Source: Pyrinomonadaceae bacterium (GTDB lineage Bacteria; Acidobacteriota; Blastocatellia; Pyrinomonadales; Pyrinomonadaceae). Taken from it: a DNA stretch of 64,000 bases. How positions within the stretch are numbered: the stretch's first letter is position 1; each line of letters opens with the position of its first letter. The notes beneath the pieces are model-generated. The model made no database searches. It had not been told where the DNA came from and saw nothing but the letters and a program-made list of their open reading frames with translations. Position numbers and translations under genes: made by a program. Positions 17,018 through 27,430 of this stretch are shown one piece after another. Location of the stretch: NCBI GenBank assembly GCA_046313635.1, contig JBKBYA010000002.1:416001-480000 (forward strand), given 5' to 3'.

Positions 17018-18298
17018 TCATTCGACGTCGCCCGCTGGGCCAACTCGTTCCTCTCCCGCCAAAACCATTCCCAGCAAGACCCACAGGTGAAGGGCGTCTT
17101 CAAACGATCCCAACATTCCCTGATAGATGAATCCGACCGACCACGCGAGCGCCAGGGCCGTATGACCGCCGCCGCGATGCCGAGAGCGCAGCCCGCGTCT
17201 AACGATCTCAGCGCAGAAGATCAACAGCACGAGACCGCCGCCAAGCCCGCGCTCGGCCGAGACGTTGAGAAAGGTATTGTGAGCGTCGGTCAGCAAACTC
17301 CGCGTGCCGTCGGGGTTTGTAAAGAGAACGCGCACGACGGGCATTCCGGGGCCGACCCCAAGCAGCGGATGCGCCGCGATCGTGTCGAGGGCTTCCGACC
17401 AGACCATCGAACGGGCCGACGGGAAGATCTCTCCGACGACCGGAAGGGAAACCCTTGAAGCCGCTTCAGGATACGGCCTCGGGGTGAAAAATGCGGCCCC
17501 AAGCCATGCGGCCGCAAGCAGCGCGAGCGTTGCCGCGACGACCGTCGTCGTGCGGCCCCGCTTGCGGACAAGTACACCCGCCGCTGCGATGATGAGGAGC
17601 CCGCCGAGGCCGATCGAGAAAGTGAATGCCGCCGCCGCCGTGATCCCGATCAGCAATGTCAGGTACAGCCGCCGGCTGATCCAGCCGCGGCTCCGTGCGA
17701 GCCACGCTAGCGGAATGCCGACTGACAGATAATTGAAAAACATGCTCGCCGAGACGAAAGCGGCGGTGATCCTCGGCACGCCGTCGATCGGCACCGAGCC
17801 CTGGTGATACGTGAGCGGTTCGAGCCAGCGGCTCGCGGGGGAAACATAGAAGAGCATCAACGTCAGCAGACCTAAACAGACCGAACACGCCGCCGCGAAC
17901 AGCCAGGTCAGGACGAGCGGTCTGAGGCCGGATCGCATTGCGGCCGCATATACAAAAAGACACGCCGTCGCGAGATAGATCTCGCCGAAGACGTGCCTGT
18001 AAGACCGCACCGGATCGGAACTAAAACCCGCCGCCGCCGATCCGAGGACAAGATAGACCGTTATCCAAAATAACGCGGGATGCCAGCGGAGTTTTACGCC
18101 TGCGATCAAAGCCGCCGCGACCGCCGGCACGAACGCGGCCTCCGACAGTCGGACCGGCAGGCCGAAGATCGGAAGCGGAACCTGTACAAAACCCACCGCA
18201 AAAACAAAGAGCCCGGTGAGCGCTGTCAGCCCGCGGTCGGCAAACGACCGGCCAAACGGCTGGCCGTCGAATTCGCCCGACTCGAGGCCGCCTCCCAT
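17018..18298 (-). CDS. O-antigen ligase (Wzy_C)-like membrane protein
   Basis: Multi-TM; R..VW...HPLLGVGPG...DAHNTFLNVSAERG. Confidence 0.8.
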   Translation of the reverse strand: MGGGLESGEFDGQPFGRSFADRGLTALTGLFVFAVGFVQVPLPIFGLPVRLSEAAFVPAVAAALIAGVKLRWHPALFWITVYLVLGSAAAGFSSDPVRSYRHVFGEIYLATACLFVYAAAMRSGLRPLVLTWLFAAACSVCLGLLTLMLFYVSPASRWLEPLTYHQGSVPIDGVPRITAAFVSASMFFNYLSVGIPLAWLARSRGWISRRLYLTLLIGITAAAAFTFSIGLGGLLIIAAAGVLVRKRGRTTTVVAATLALLAAAWLGAAFFTPRPYPEAASRVSLPVVGEIFPSARSMVWSEALDTIAAHPLLGVGPGMPVVRVLFTNPDGTRSLLTDAHNTFLNVSAERGLGGGLVLLIFCAEIVRRGLRSRHRGGGHTALALAWSVGFIYQGMLGSFEDALHLWVLLGMVLAGEERVGPAGDVE

Positions 18299-19329
18299 CA
18301 GAGCGTCTTGGTTACCTTCGACAATGATCGTGGGGCGTCCGGGTCGATACCTTTAGCCTCGGACAGTAGCGCCGCAAACAATTGTGCGGGAACGATGAAG
18401 GGGATCGGCGAGAGGAACTCGTCGATCTCCGGCGACAGACGGATGGCTCGCGACGACGAATTCGCGATCTCGTCGTCGTTCGTGATCGAAAGCGAATCGG
18501 CGTGCAGCTCGCGGAGGCGTGCGAGCAGCTCGAGATTGCTCGTCCGCGTCGGGCCCGTCGGGCCGAAGAGCACTACCGGAAAACGGCGTTCAACGATCGC
18601 GAGCGGGCCGTGAAAGAAGTCGGCGGACGAGAACCTCTCCGCGACGACGTAACAGGTCTCCATCAGCTTGAGAGCGAGCTCGTACGAGTTTCCGTAATTG
18701 AGGCCGCGACCGACAACGACGCAGTTTTCCATGAACGTGTAGCGTTGGACGACCTCCTCGATGGCCGGTCTAAGCTCTAAGGCGGCCGCGGTGAGCTCGG
18801 GGATGCGCCGAAACTCAGCGACGCGGGTCGAGCCGAGCGCCTCAGCCAGCATGTAAAAATGGAGCATCTGCCCCGTATACGTCTTTGTCGCCGCAACCGA
18901 CCGCTCACGTCCCGCATGGATAAGCAGAACGTCGTCGACGATCTTTGCCATCGACGACCCTGCCTCGTTAGTAATGCCGAGCGTCAATGCGCCAGCCGCT
19001 TTAGATCGTTCGAGTACGTGGTTGATGTCAGCCCCCTCGCCCGACTGCGAGACGCCGACCACCAGCGCCCGGCTCATATCAAGGTCGGCGTCATAGAGAG
19101 TGTGGACCGACGGTGCGGCCAGCGAGACCGGGATGCCGCACGTGATCTCGAGCAAGTACCGGCCAAATAGGGCCGCGTTGTCCGAGCTGCCGCGAGCGAC
19201 TAATACCACGAGGTCGATCTCCCGCGCTGAAAAATGGCGTTTTAACGATGAGAGTTTGGGCGTCTCGGCGAGGATCGTCTTCTCCAAAGCCGCCGGCTGC
19301 TCGGAGATCTCCTGAAGCATTAATGACAT
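18298..19329 (-). CDS. double-SIS amino-sugar-phosphate isomerase/deaminase (GlmS isomerase-domain only, NagB-II-like)
   Basis: EISEQP, ARGSS, SQSGE, ERSVAATKTY, ELALKLMET, FHGP, PRSLSKVT; no glutaminase domain. Confidence 0.88.
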   Translation of the reverse strand: MSLMLQEISEQPAALEKTILAETPKLSSLKRHFSAREIDLVVLVARGSSDNAALFGRYLLEITCGIPVSLAAPSVHTLYDADLDMSRALVVGVSQSGEGADINHVLERSKAAGALTLGITNEAGSSMAKIVDDVLLIHAGRERSVAATKTYTGQMLHFYMLAEALGSTRVAEFRRIPELTAAALELRPAIEEVVQRYTFMENCVVVGRGLNYGNSYELALKLMETCYVVAERFSSADFFHGPLAIVERRFPVVLFGPTGPTRTSNLELLARLRELHADSLSITNDDEIANSSSRAIRLSPEIDEFLSPIPFIVPAQLFAALLSEAKGIDPDAPRSLSKVTKTL

Positions 19330-19356
19330 ATAGGTTAGTGGCGTGGGACGTTACTG

Positions 19357-19370
19357 ATGTTAACGTAAAC
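19357..19370 (-). promoter_or_regulatory. -10 box (TAACAT) overlapped by a LacI-type palindrome
   Basis: ATGTTAACGTAAAC; near-palindrome GTTAACGTAAAC with central CG, upstream of the SIS gene. Confidence 0.4.
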
Positions 19371-19576
19371 TCTCCGGCGGTAAAAGTTTGCGGTTGGCGT
19401 GGCGCAACCGGGTCGCATCAGTCGAGCGGTCGGAGGATGGCGTATTGTCGAAACTGAGACAAGTAATCGAATAGATAGCTTTAACAATTGCGGCTAAGGT
19501 GTTGATGCAAAACAACTAAAGTATGCATCCCGAGCGACAGTACGAGCCTTTACTCGAAGTGATGTCAGCAAGCAAT

Positions 19577-20449
19577 TTAAGTGACGTCATTCGAAGAATC
19601 AGGTAGCTCCTCTAAATCATTGAGAACAGCGTTGATAGCTCCGCCGACAAGCAGCGCCATCGCGGTCAGGTAGAGCCACAGCATCAGGATGATCACGGCG
19701 CCGAGAGAGCCGTAGGTCTTGTCGTACGAGTTGAAGTAGTGAAGATAAACGCGAAACCCCGTGGTCAGCAACGCGAAGAGCAGAATTGCCACCACGCCGC
19801 CTGGTGTGATCCAGACCCACTCGAATTTGTCGAATGCCGGCAGCCAGCTATAGATCACGGCCGTCGTGACCGCCAGCACAAACAGAAGGAGCGCCCATTG
19901 AACCACATTTGAGAGCACGGTCGAGATGATGCCGAGTCCCGCCCCTCGCATCAGCGAGTCGAGAACCTGTTCACCGTAAAAGGCGAGCCCCAGACCCGCC
20001 GCGATGAGGAGCACGAAGAGAACTGTAAGAACGAGCGACTGGAGCTTGGTATGCCACCATGAGCGGCGTTCCTTTTCGCCATATACCTGATTGAGGGCCT
20101 GCCTGAGAGCATCGATCCCGGCCGAGGCCGACCAGAGCGTTGCGACGACGCCGATCGTGAGCTTGCTGCCCGACGAGTTCTCCTTGATCTCGTCGAGTGT
20201 CGAGCGGACCAGCTCAAACGCGGAGCTGGGCATTAGTTGACCCAGGTAGACGAAGAGCTCTGCGCGCAGATCGTCGGCGTTGGCGAGCACAATGCCGAGG
20301 AGGCTGATCAGGAACAGGAGCAGCGGAAAGATCGCGAACGAGAAGTAGAATCCGACCTGTGCGGCATTTCCCGGCACGTCGGTGGCAAAAACGCGTTCGT
20401 AGACGAGGTGGAGTATCCGTTTGAGAGAGTCGATATCGGGGACCTTCAT
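19577..20449 (-). CDS. YihY/BrkB family membrane protein
   Basis: AAQVGFY..AIFP, LWSAS, YGSLGAVIILMLWLY. Confidence 0.92.
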   Translation of the reverse strand: MKVPDIDSLKRILHLVYERVFATDVPGNAAQVGFYFSFAIFPLLLFLISLLGIVLANADDLRAELFVYLGQLMPSSAFELVRSTLDEIKENSSGSKLTIGVVATLWSASAGIDALRQALNQVYGEKERRSWWHTKLQSLVLTVLFVLLIAAGLGLAFYGEQVLDSLMRGAGLGIISTVLSNVVQWALLLFVLAVTTAVIYSWLPAFDKFEWVWITPGGVVAILLFALLTTGFRVYLHYFNSYDKTYGSLGAVIILMLWLYLTAMALLVGGAINAVLNDLEELPDSSNDVT

Positions 20450-20506
20450 ACTATCGAGTTATAAGTTAAGCGTCCCTCGGCAGGCAATAGATCTTTCGTC
20501 GCGTGG

Positions 20507-21649
20507 TCACGGCCCGCCCTTGTAGTTGCGGGGAATCCGCCTGCCGATCGAGCAGGTGACCTCGTAAGATATCGTTTCGGTCATGCGGGCGACGTCCTCG
20601 GCGAGTATCTCCTCGCCGCCGTCCCGGCCGATGATGGTCACGGGGTCGCCCTCGGCCGCACCGCCGACGTCGGTCACGTCGACTATCGTCCAGTCCATCG
20701 AGATCCTGCCGACGATCGGTGCCCGCCGTCCACGGACGATCACCTCTCCGACATTCGAAAGTCCGCGGCAGAGACCGTCTGCGTAGCCGATCGGGATCGT
20801 GGCGATCGTCGAGTCTCGTTTGGTCTTGAACGCCCTCGAATATCCCAAAGTCTCACCTTCGGGAACGGACTTGATCTGAGCGATCCGCGTCTTTAGCGAG
20901 AGGACCGGGCGAAGTTTGGGGCGCGGTGCCGAGCCGGGAAGTACGTCGCCTCCGAGGCCGTAGAGGATGCCGCCGAGGCGGACCATATTGCTCCGCGTCG
21001 CCGGATGGGCCACCGCGGCGGGTGAGTTTGCAAGGTCGAGGTATTCGGGTTCGATGCCGACCTTGCGAAACGTCTCGACGCTCTCCCAGAATCGGCGTGT
21101 CTGCATCTGGGTAAAGTCCGTCTCCGCGAGATCGTCGGCCGCGGCGAAATGCGTCATAAGCCCCTCGACCGTCAGGCGCGAGAGCTTAACGAGCCTCTCC
21201 GCAAACTCCGGTACGCGGTCGTGCCTCACGCCGACGCGGCCCATACCGGTATCGATCTTTATGTGAACGGCGAGCGATTCGCCGCGGCGTTCGGCTGCGG
21301 CGTGCAGCCGCTCGGCCTGCGAAAGGGTGAATATCGCCGGAGTGATCGACCGCTTGAGGATAGTTTCTTCCTGGCCCTCCCACGCACCGCCGAGGCATAG
21401 GACCGGCAGGCGGCAGCCCGCATCGCGCAGCTCGACGGCCTCCTCGACGAGAGCGACCCCGAGCCAGTCGACGCCTTCGGCCTCGAGCGCTCTGGAGCAC
21501 TCGACGGCACCGTGGCCGTAGGCGTCGGCCTTGACGACGGCCATGTACTTAACGCCGCTCCCGATGAAGTCTCTGGATGATCTGAAGTTGAACCTGAGGC
21601 TGCCGAGGTCTATCTCGGCTAATGTAGGACGTGAGGTCTCTCGTGTCAT
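20507..21649 (-). CDS. alr: alanine racemase
   Basis: AVVKADAYGHG, HIKIDTGMGRVG, GYADG, GRISMD, TISYE. Confidence 0.96.
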   Translation of the reverse strand: MTRETSRPTLAEIDLGSLRFNFRSSRDFIGSGVKYMAVVKADAYGHGAVECSRALEAEGVDWLGVALVEEAVELRDAGCRLPVLCLGGAWEGQEETILKRSITPAIFTLSQAERLHAAAERRGESLAVHIKIDTGMGRVGVRHDRVPEFAERLVKLSRLTVEGLMTHFAAADDLAETDFTQMQTRRFWESVETFRKVGIEPEYLDLANSPAAVAHPATRSNMVRLGGILYGLGGDVLPGSAPRPKLRPVLSLKTRIAQIKSVPEGETLGYSRAFKTKRDSTIATIPIGYADGLCRGLSNVGEVIVRGRRAPIVGRISMDWTIVDVTDVGGAAEGDPVTIIGRDGGEEILAEDVARMTETISYEVTCSIGRRIPRNYKGGP

Positions 21650-21717
21650 TGTCGTCGCAGCGGCGCGGACCTAATGCGATGTCTGAGCCGTCGGGCCCGA
21701 GACAGTTAAACCTATCT

Positions 21718-23274
21718 CTAAAGCGGGATGTTGCCGTGTTTGCGGGGAGGATTAGTATCGCGTTTGTTCTCGAGCAGCTTCAACGCGCGGATCAGCTTTG
21801 GCCGCGTAAACTTTGGCTCGATGACCTCGTCGATAAATCCGTGCTCGGCCGCGACGTACGGATTGGCAAACTTCTCCTCCAACTCCGAGACCTTGCGGCG
21901 GCGATACGCTTCGTCGTTCTGTGCGATCTCACGGCGATACAGCACGCCGACCGCGCCTTCGGCCCCCATCACCGCGATCTCGGCGGTCGGGTATGCAAAG
22001 TTGACGTCTGTCCGAATGTGCTTTGAGGCCATCACGCAATACGCTCCGCCGTACGCCTTGCGCGTGATGACGGTGATCTTGGGCACGGTCGCCTCGGCAA
22101 ACGCGTAAAGGAGTTTCGCTCCGTGACGGATGATGCCGTAGTGCTCCTGATTGACGCCCGGCAAAAAGCCCGGAACGTCCTCAAACGTGATCAGGGGGAT
22201 GTTGAAACAGTCGCAAAACCGTACGAACCTCGCGGCCTTGACCGACGCGTCGATGTCGAGCACGCCCGCCAAAAACGCAGGCTGGTTTGCGACGATGCCG
22301 ACAGAGTATCCGCCGAGTCGAGCAAAGCCGATCACGATATTCGGTGCGTAGTGCTCCTGCACCTCGAAGAAATAGTTCTCGTCGACAACCGAGTGGATGA
22401 TGTCGCGAATGTCGTAGGGCTGATTCGAAGATTCGGGTACGGCCGAGTTAAGCGTCTCGTCGACTCGGTCTTCCGGGTCGGACGTCGCGGCAAACGGCGG
22501 CGGTTCCATATTGTTGGACGGGATGAAAGAGAGCAGCTCACGGGCCATCTGCAGCGCATGCTCGTCGCTGTCGGCGGCAAAGTGAGCGACGCCCGATCGA
22601 GCATTGTGCGTCATTGCTCCGCCCAGCTCGTCTTTTGTCACTTCCTCGTGCGTGACGGTCTTGATCACGTCGGGGCCGGTGATGAACATATACGACGTGT
22701 CCTTCACCATGATGTTAAAGTCCGTGATCGCGGGCGAGTACACCGCGCCGCCGGCGCACGGGCCCATGATGCAGCTGATCTGCGGGACGACGCCGCTCGC
22801 GAGCGTGTTGCGCAAAAAGATATCGGCATAGCCGCCGAGGCTCACGACGCCTTCCTGAATGCGAGCTCCGCCCGAGTCGTTGAGGCCGATCACGGGCTTG
22901 CCCGTCTTCATCGCGAGGTCCATGATCTTGCAGATCTTTTTGGCATGCGTCTCCGAAAGCGAGCCGCCAAACACCGAAAAGTCTTGTGCAAATACAAATA
23001 CCTGTCGCCCGTCGACGAGCCCGTGGCCGGTGATGACGCCGTCACCCAGGTATTTCTGCTCGTCAAGCCCGAAGTCGCGCGAGCGATGGACGACAAACTT
23101 GTCAAACTCCTCGAATGTGCCCTCGTCGAGAAAGAACTCGATCCGCTCGCGGGCCGTCATCTTGCCGGCGGCCCGCTGCTTTTCAAGCCGTTCGCGGCCG
23201 CCGCCTTCCTCGGCCGCGTCGGACCTTTGTTTGAGAAGCTCAAGTTTGCTGATGGCTTTGCTTTCGGGCAACAT
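21718..23274 (-). CDS. pccB: acyl-CoA (propionyl-CoA) carboxylase carboxyltransferase subunit
   Basis: [54 protein letters not shown]. Confidence 0.9.
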   Translation of the reverse strand: MLPESKAISKLELLKQRSDAAEEGGGRERLEKQRAAGKMTARERIEFFLDEGTFEEFDKFVVHRSRDFGLDEQKYLGDGVITGHGLVDGRQVFVFAQDFSVFGGSLSETHAKKICKIMDLAMKTGKPVIGLNDSGGARIQEGVVSLGGYADIFLRNTLASGVVPQISCIMGPCAGGAVYSPAITDFNIMVKDTSYMFITGPDVIKTVTHEEVTKDELGGAMTHNARSGVAHFAADSDEHALQMARELLSFIPSNNMEPPPFAATSDPEDRVDETLNSAVPESSNQPYDIRDIIHSVVDENYFFEVQEHYAPNIVIGFARLGGYSVGIVANQPAFLAGVLDIDASVKAARFVRFCDCFNIPLITFEDVPGFLPGVNQEHYGIIRHGAKLLYAFAEATVPKITVITRKAYGGAYCVMASKHIRTDVNFAYPTAEIAVMGAEGAVGVLYRREIAQNDEAYRRRKVSELEEKFANPYVAAEHGFIDEVIEPKFTRPKLIRALKLLENKRDTNPPRKHGNIPL

Positions 23275-23344
23275 AAGGCCTAAGTTTAGCTAGTTTGACG
23301 GCGTTTTCAAAACAGTTGAAAGCGCCGCTCCATGACCCGCATAA

Positions 23345-24163
23345 ATGAGATTTGAGAGGATCAGCAGTCGCGACAACGCACGGCTGAAGAGAGTCCGAAA
23401 GGTGCGCGACGGCCACCTCCGCGAAGAGATATTTCTCGAGGGCCTGCGGCTGTGCGGCGAAGCTGTGCGGTCGGATGCGGCGATCGAGGAGATCTACGTT
23501 TCGGACAGCCTTGTTGAGGACAGGCGCTTTGCGGATCTGATCGGCCCCGTCAAAGACAAACACACGGTACGCGTGCTCGGCGAGAGCCTATTTGCGTCGA
23601 TCGCCGACACGCCGCAGCCGCAGGGAGTCGTCTTCATTTGCCGGCGGCCTACCGGGGCGATGGACAAGATCGCCGCACGCCTCGCGTCAGGACGGCATCT
23701 TCCGATCGTCGTTGTGCTTCACAGGATCGGTAATCCGTCCAATCTCGGAGCGATCGCCCGTACGGCCGAGGCCGCGGGGGCGGCGGGGCTGATCACCACG
23801 ACAGGCTCGGCCGATCCGTTCTCGGCGAAGGCCCTGCGGGCCTCGATGGGCTCGCTGCTTCGGCTGCCGACGGCGGCGGGATCGGAACTTCAGAATTTAC
23901 TTGAATGGGCAAGGCGGCGGGAGATGTCTGTCTCGGCCGCGGACGGGCATGCCGAGGTGACCTACGTCGAGCTTGATTGGTCGCGGCCGCGGCTGCTGAT
24001 CTTCGGCTCCGAAGCTCACGGATTACCTGAAGAGATCCTTCCGCAGATCGACGAGCTTGTAAAGGTCCCGATGGCGGCTCCGGTCGAGAGTCTCAATATC
24101 GCTGTTGCTGCGGGCGTCATGCTGTTTGAGGCTCGACGGCAGGTCGGGCCGACGGGGCGCTAA
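23345..24163 (+). CDS. TrmH/SpoU family RNA methyltransferase
   Basis: NPSNLGAIART, RASMG, FGSEAHG, ESLNIAVAAG. Confidence 0.93.
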   Translation: MRFERISSRDNARLKRVRKVRDGHLREEIFLEGLRLCGEAVRSDAAIEEIYVSDSLVEDRRFADLIGPVKDKHTVRVLGESLFASIADTPQPQGVVFICRRPTGAMDKIAARLASGRHLPIVVVLHRIGNPSNLGAIARTAEAAGAAGLITTTGSADPFSAKALRASMGSLLRLPTAAGSELQNLLEWARRREMSVSAADGHAEVTYVELDWSRPRLLIFGSEAHGLPEEILPQIDELVKVPMAAPVESLNIAVAAGVMLFEARRQVGPTGR

Positions 24164-24184
24164 AGTAAAACCTGAGCTTTCCAT

Positions 24185-25720
24185 TCAGCGGTCGTTTGCC
24201 AGGTTGGTATCAGTCCCGATCGACGGTTGATCGAAAGATCTCAGTTCCTTTTCGAGGATGCCGGGAGCGCTCACCGAATTGGCGATCGCAAGGGCGACAG
24301 CGATCTCGCTCTGGAGGGTTCTCAGATCGGTCGTGTCGCTCTCGCCCAGCTTTGAACGAGCCGCCTGCAGTTCTCGCTTTGCTTCCCAGATCTTGCCCGT
24401 CAGCAGATAGGCCCGGCCGCGAAGGTAATGGTCGGCGGCGTCCTGCGGCTCTGCCACGTTGGATGAAATGAATGCTGCCGGATCGCGGTCGACGATGCGC
24501 CGCTGCTCTTCAAAGGCGGTGAGCGGCGGATTGGTCGACTTTTCGGTGAGTACCGGCACGAGCTGCGGCTGGGGCGGGTTTGCCTGCTGCCAAAAATGGT
24601 ACGCAGCGGCACCAAGCGCCATGCCGACGACGAGCATCAGTGCCGCCAGTACCAAGCCGCCGGTGCGGCGGGGACGCTCCTGAAGTGTGACGGTCGCCTC
24701 CGTGCGAAAAGGTTCGGTCGGAGTGACCCGTGCCGAGGCCGGGTCTTGCACGGTCTCGGCTTCAGCAACCGACCTCTCGAGAGCGATATCGGCCGGATGG
24801 TCTTGAGCATGGTTGGCGTCGAATTCCTCTTCATCCGAGACGGTCTCTCGCGGGATCTCGACGGTCGCGTCGCCGGCCGCATTCGGGTCACGCGCGCGCG
24901 CGGTTGCGATAGTGTCTTCGTCGTCGTCAAACCCAAAATGGATCTCGTCCGCCGCGGAGCCGACCTCACCGGGAATGCTGACGACTACGGCCGAAAGGTT
25001 GTCTTCGGCACCGCGTTCGTAACAGACCTGCTTCAATCTCTCGCAGATGGCTCCCGGGTCGCTCATCTCAAAGAGGAACTGCCGTATCTCCTCGTCGTCG
25101 ATATGGCGAGTGATGCCGTCGCTGCACAGCAGGAATTTATTTCCCGCCTCGACCATCAGCAGCTTGACGTCGGGCTCGACCGAGGCGTCGGCGCCGAGGG
25201 CCCGGCTGATGATATTGCGGCTCGGATGAACGGCCGCCTCCGCGTCGGTCATTCGACCGGCGCGCACCTCTTCGGCGACGACCGAATGATCGTCGGTCTC
25301 GCGAAAGAGCCGAAACTGATTGTCCAGCCGGTACGCCCGCGAGTCGCCCACGTGACCGATCGTGGCGACGTCGCCCTCGATGTGCAGAGCGACGAGCGTC
25401 GTCGCCATCCGGGCAAGCTGCGGCAGATCGTTCGACATCTGAAAGATCGCCTCGTTAGCGCGCTCGATCGCGTTTCGCATCACCGTTTCGGCTTCGACGC
25501 CAGGCTGCCGATTGCTGAACGCCTCGGCGAGTATCTCGACCGCCATTTGCGAGGCGATCTCGCCGGCCTGCGCTCCGCCGACGCCGTCGGCGACCGCAAA
25601 AATGCCGAGTTCGCGTATGTCGAGGACCGAGTCCTCGTTTTGCGGCCGCTTGTCGTTCAACCCGCGGTCAGTGATCGACGAAGAGATGATCCGGTCAGAA
25701 ATGTCGACAGTTTCGATCAT
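24185..25720 (-). CDS. PP2C-type Ser/Thr phosphatase with TM segment and C-terminal TPR-like region
   Basis: RPQNED, VADGVGG, HVGDSR, DHS, ISRALG, LCSDG, DNLS; TM LVLAALMLVVGMALG. Confidence 0.92.
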   Translation of the reverse strand: MIETVDISDRIISSSITDRGLNDKRPQNEDSVLDIRELGIFAVADGVGGAQAGEIASQMAVEILAEAFSNRQPGVEAETVMRNAIERANEAIFQMSNDLPQLARMATTLVALHIEGDVATIGHVGDSRAYRLDNQFRLFRETDDHSVVAEEVRAGRMTDAEAAVHPSRNIISRALGADASVEPDVKLLMVEAGNKFLLCSDGITRHIDDEEIRQFLFEMSDPGAICERLKQVCYERGAEDNLSAVVVSIPGEVGSAADEIHFGFDDDEDTIATARARDPNAAGDATVEIPRETVSDEEEFDANHAQDHPADIALERSVAEAETVQDPASARVTPTEPFRTEATVTLQERPRRTGGLVLAALMLVVGMALGAAAYHFWQQANPPQPQLVPVLTEKSTNPPLTAFEEQRRIVDRDPAAFISSNVAEPQDAADHYLRGRAYLLTGKIWEAKRELQAARSKLGESDTTDLRTLQSEIAVALAIANSVSAPGILEKELRSFDQPSIGTDTNLANDR

Positions 25721-25765
25721 GCGATACAGGGACGAGCGGCACCTTCGGCGTACGCTCTCAGGCAA

Positions 25766-27430
25766 TTATTTTAGAGACTCGAGCTGCCGGTCAACGGCGT
25801 TGCGGTGAGAAAAGGCCATCAGCATCCCAAGCATCACGAAGCTCGTTATCAAGCTGAAGCCGCCGTGGCTTACGAATGGAAGCGTGATCCCGGTCATCGG
25901 CAGGGCCCGCGTGATGCCGCCGATGTTGACCAGCGCCTGAAAGCCGAGAAAGGCCGCGAGTCCGATCGAGCAGAGCTTGCTGAACATATCGCGCGAATCG
26001 AGTGCGGTCCTCACACCGGCGCTGACCAGGACGATCAGGGCCAAGGTTAACAACAGGCCGCCGAAAAGTCCAAGTTCTTCGGCAAGGGCGGCGAAGACAT
26101 AATCCGAGGCGGCCACGGGGATCAATTCAGGGTAGCCGAGGCCGAGGCCGCGGCCCGTCGTGCCGCCCGAAGCGATGCCGAATGTGGCCTGCGCCGGCTG
26201 AAAGGCGAGTATGTCAAACCATGCGTCGACATTGATCGTCCTCTGAAGTTCAGGGTCGGCCTCGAGCATCTGCGGCAGGTTTGGGTCGCGTTCGACGAGG
26301 CGCTTGTAATAATCGTCGTAATCCGACTTCCACCACGGCGTCTCGGGCGTCGGCGGATCAAAGCCGTCGAGCCAGAGATGAAAGCGCTGCTGGATGCGAT
26401 TGGGCAGAACGGTCCTCACGGGCCTGGCGAGCGTCGGCAGGAGAGGGATCTTTTCCTGCGTCGAGTCGGGCAGCGCTCCTACGACGAGCACGCCGATGAG
26501 CAGCACGACGCTCCCGATCAAAACGAATCGCTGCGGAAAGCGCCTGACCGCGATAACGTAAAGCGTCACGTACACGGCGCTGAAGACCATCATTTGGCCA
26601 AAGTCCTTCAGCACAAAGAAGGGCACGAAGGGGATCACGGCCATGACCAGCAGCGGGAGCACATCCTTTGCCCGCGGCAGGCCCCAATAGGTTCGCGCGA
26701 GGTCCTTGTAAAGCACCGCGAGTATCGCGGCAAAGCCGATCAGGAACGGTATCTTCGCGGGCTCCCAGGGCGTCATATTGCCGAGAGCCTTGCCCGCGCG
26801 CGACGTGATCGCGGCGATGACGAGCGGGACGAGCGTGAGCAGGACGATGAGGAAGCCGTGCTTCTGCAGCAGCTCGAGAAAGTCGCCGCGCCGCATAAAG
26901 ACAAAGGCCGCGATCAGGCCCAGCATACCGAGCAGCGGGTTGATGGTGTTGCCCGAGAAAAGGACGTCTCTCCACGTCTGCGGCGCCGGGAGCGGCGTTT
27001 CGGCGTCGAGGTCGACCGGCGACGGCGGGGTCGGCGGCAGGCCCATCAGGCGCTTTTTCTCGGCAGAATAATTCTCCTGAATGTAATGCAGCTGCTGCGT
27101 CCGGATCTTTTCCTGCCGCGCCGCGGCCTTGTCGCTCCGCGATGTATATTCCGGATCGCTGAAGAGCCGGTACTGCACCGTCAGTCCGATCGAAAAGAGA
27201 AGTACCGCCGCCGTGTACAGCGTCCAGCTGCCCTGATATCTCAAGAATCTTTTGATCGCGATCGGCAGCAGCGAAAGCACGGTGAGGAGAAAGAGGTTTC
27301 TGCCGGCGGTCAGCCCCGAAGTTTCGTAACCGCGGATCAGTGCGCCGTAATAGATCGAGTAATGCGCGATCGCCGTCAGCACGACGATGCCGGCGAGCAT
27401 AAAAACGTGAGACGAGGTGCGGTTGTTCAT
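25766..27430 (-). CDS. SEDS family peptidoglycan glycosyltransferase (RodA/FtsW)
   Basis: PWEPAK, KDFG, GRGLGLG, SDYVFAALAEELG, LPMTGITLPFVSHGG; start MNNRT overlaps the PBP stop. Confidence 0.9.
   Translation of the reverse strand: MNNRTSSHVFMLAGIVVLTAIAHYSIYYGALIRGYETSGLTAGRNLFLLTVLSLLPIAIKRFLRYQGSWTLYTAAVLLFSIGLTVQYRLFSDPEYTSRSDKAAARQEKIRTQQLHYIQENYSAEKKRLMGLPPTPPSPVDLDAETPLPAPQTWRDVLFSGNTINPLLGMLGLIAAFVFMRRGDFLELLQKHGFLIVLLTLVPLVIAAITSRAGKALGNMTPWEPAKIPFLIGFAAILAVLYKDLARTYWGLPRAKDVLPLLVMAVIPFVPFFVLKDFGQMMVFSAVYVTLYVIAVRRFPQRFVLIGSVVLLIGVLVVGALPDSTQEKIPLLPTLARPVRTVLPNRIQQRFHLWLDGFDPPTPETPWWKSDYDDYYKRLVERDPNLPQMLEADPELQRTINVDAWFDILAFQPAQATFGIASGGTTGRGLGLGYPELIPVAASDYVFAALAEELGLFGGLLLTLALIVLVSAGVRTALDSRDMFSKLCSIGLAAFLGFQALVNIGGITRALPMTGITLPFVSHGGFSLITSFVMLGMLMAFSHRNAVDRQLESLK

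Noticed and set aside
19330..19576. glmS ribozyme upstream of the SIS gene
   Set aside because: Conserved ribozyme core not recognisable, and the gene lacks the glutaminase domain.
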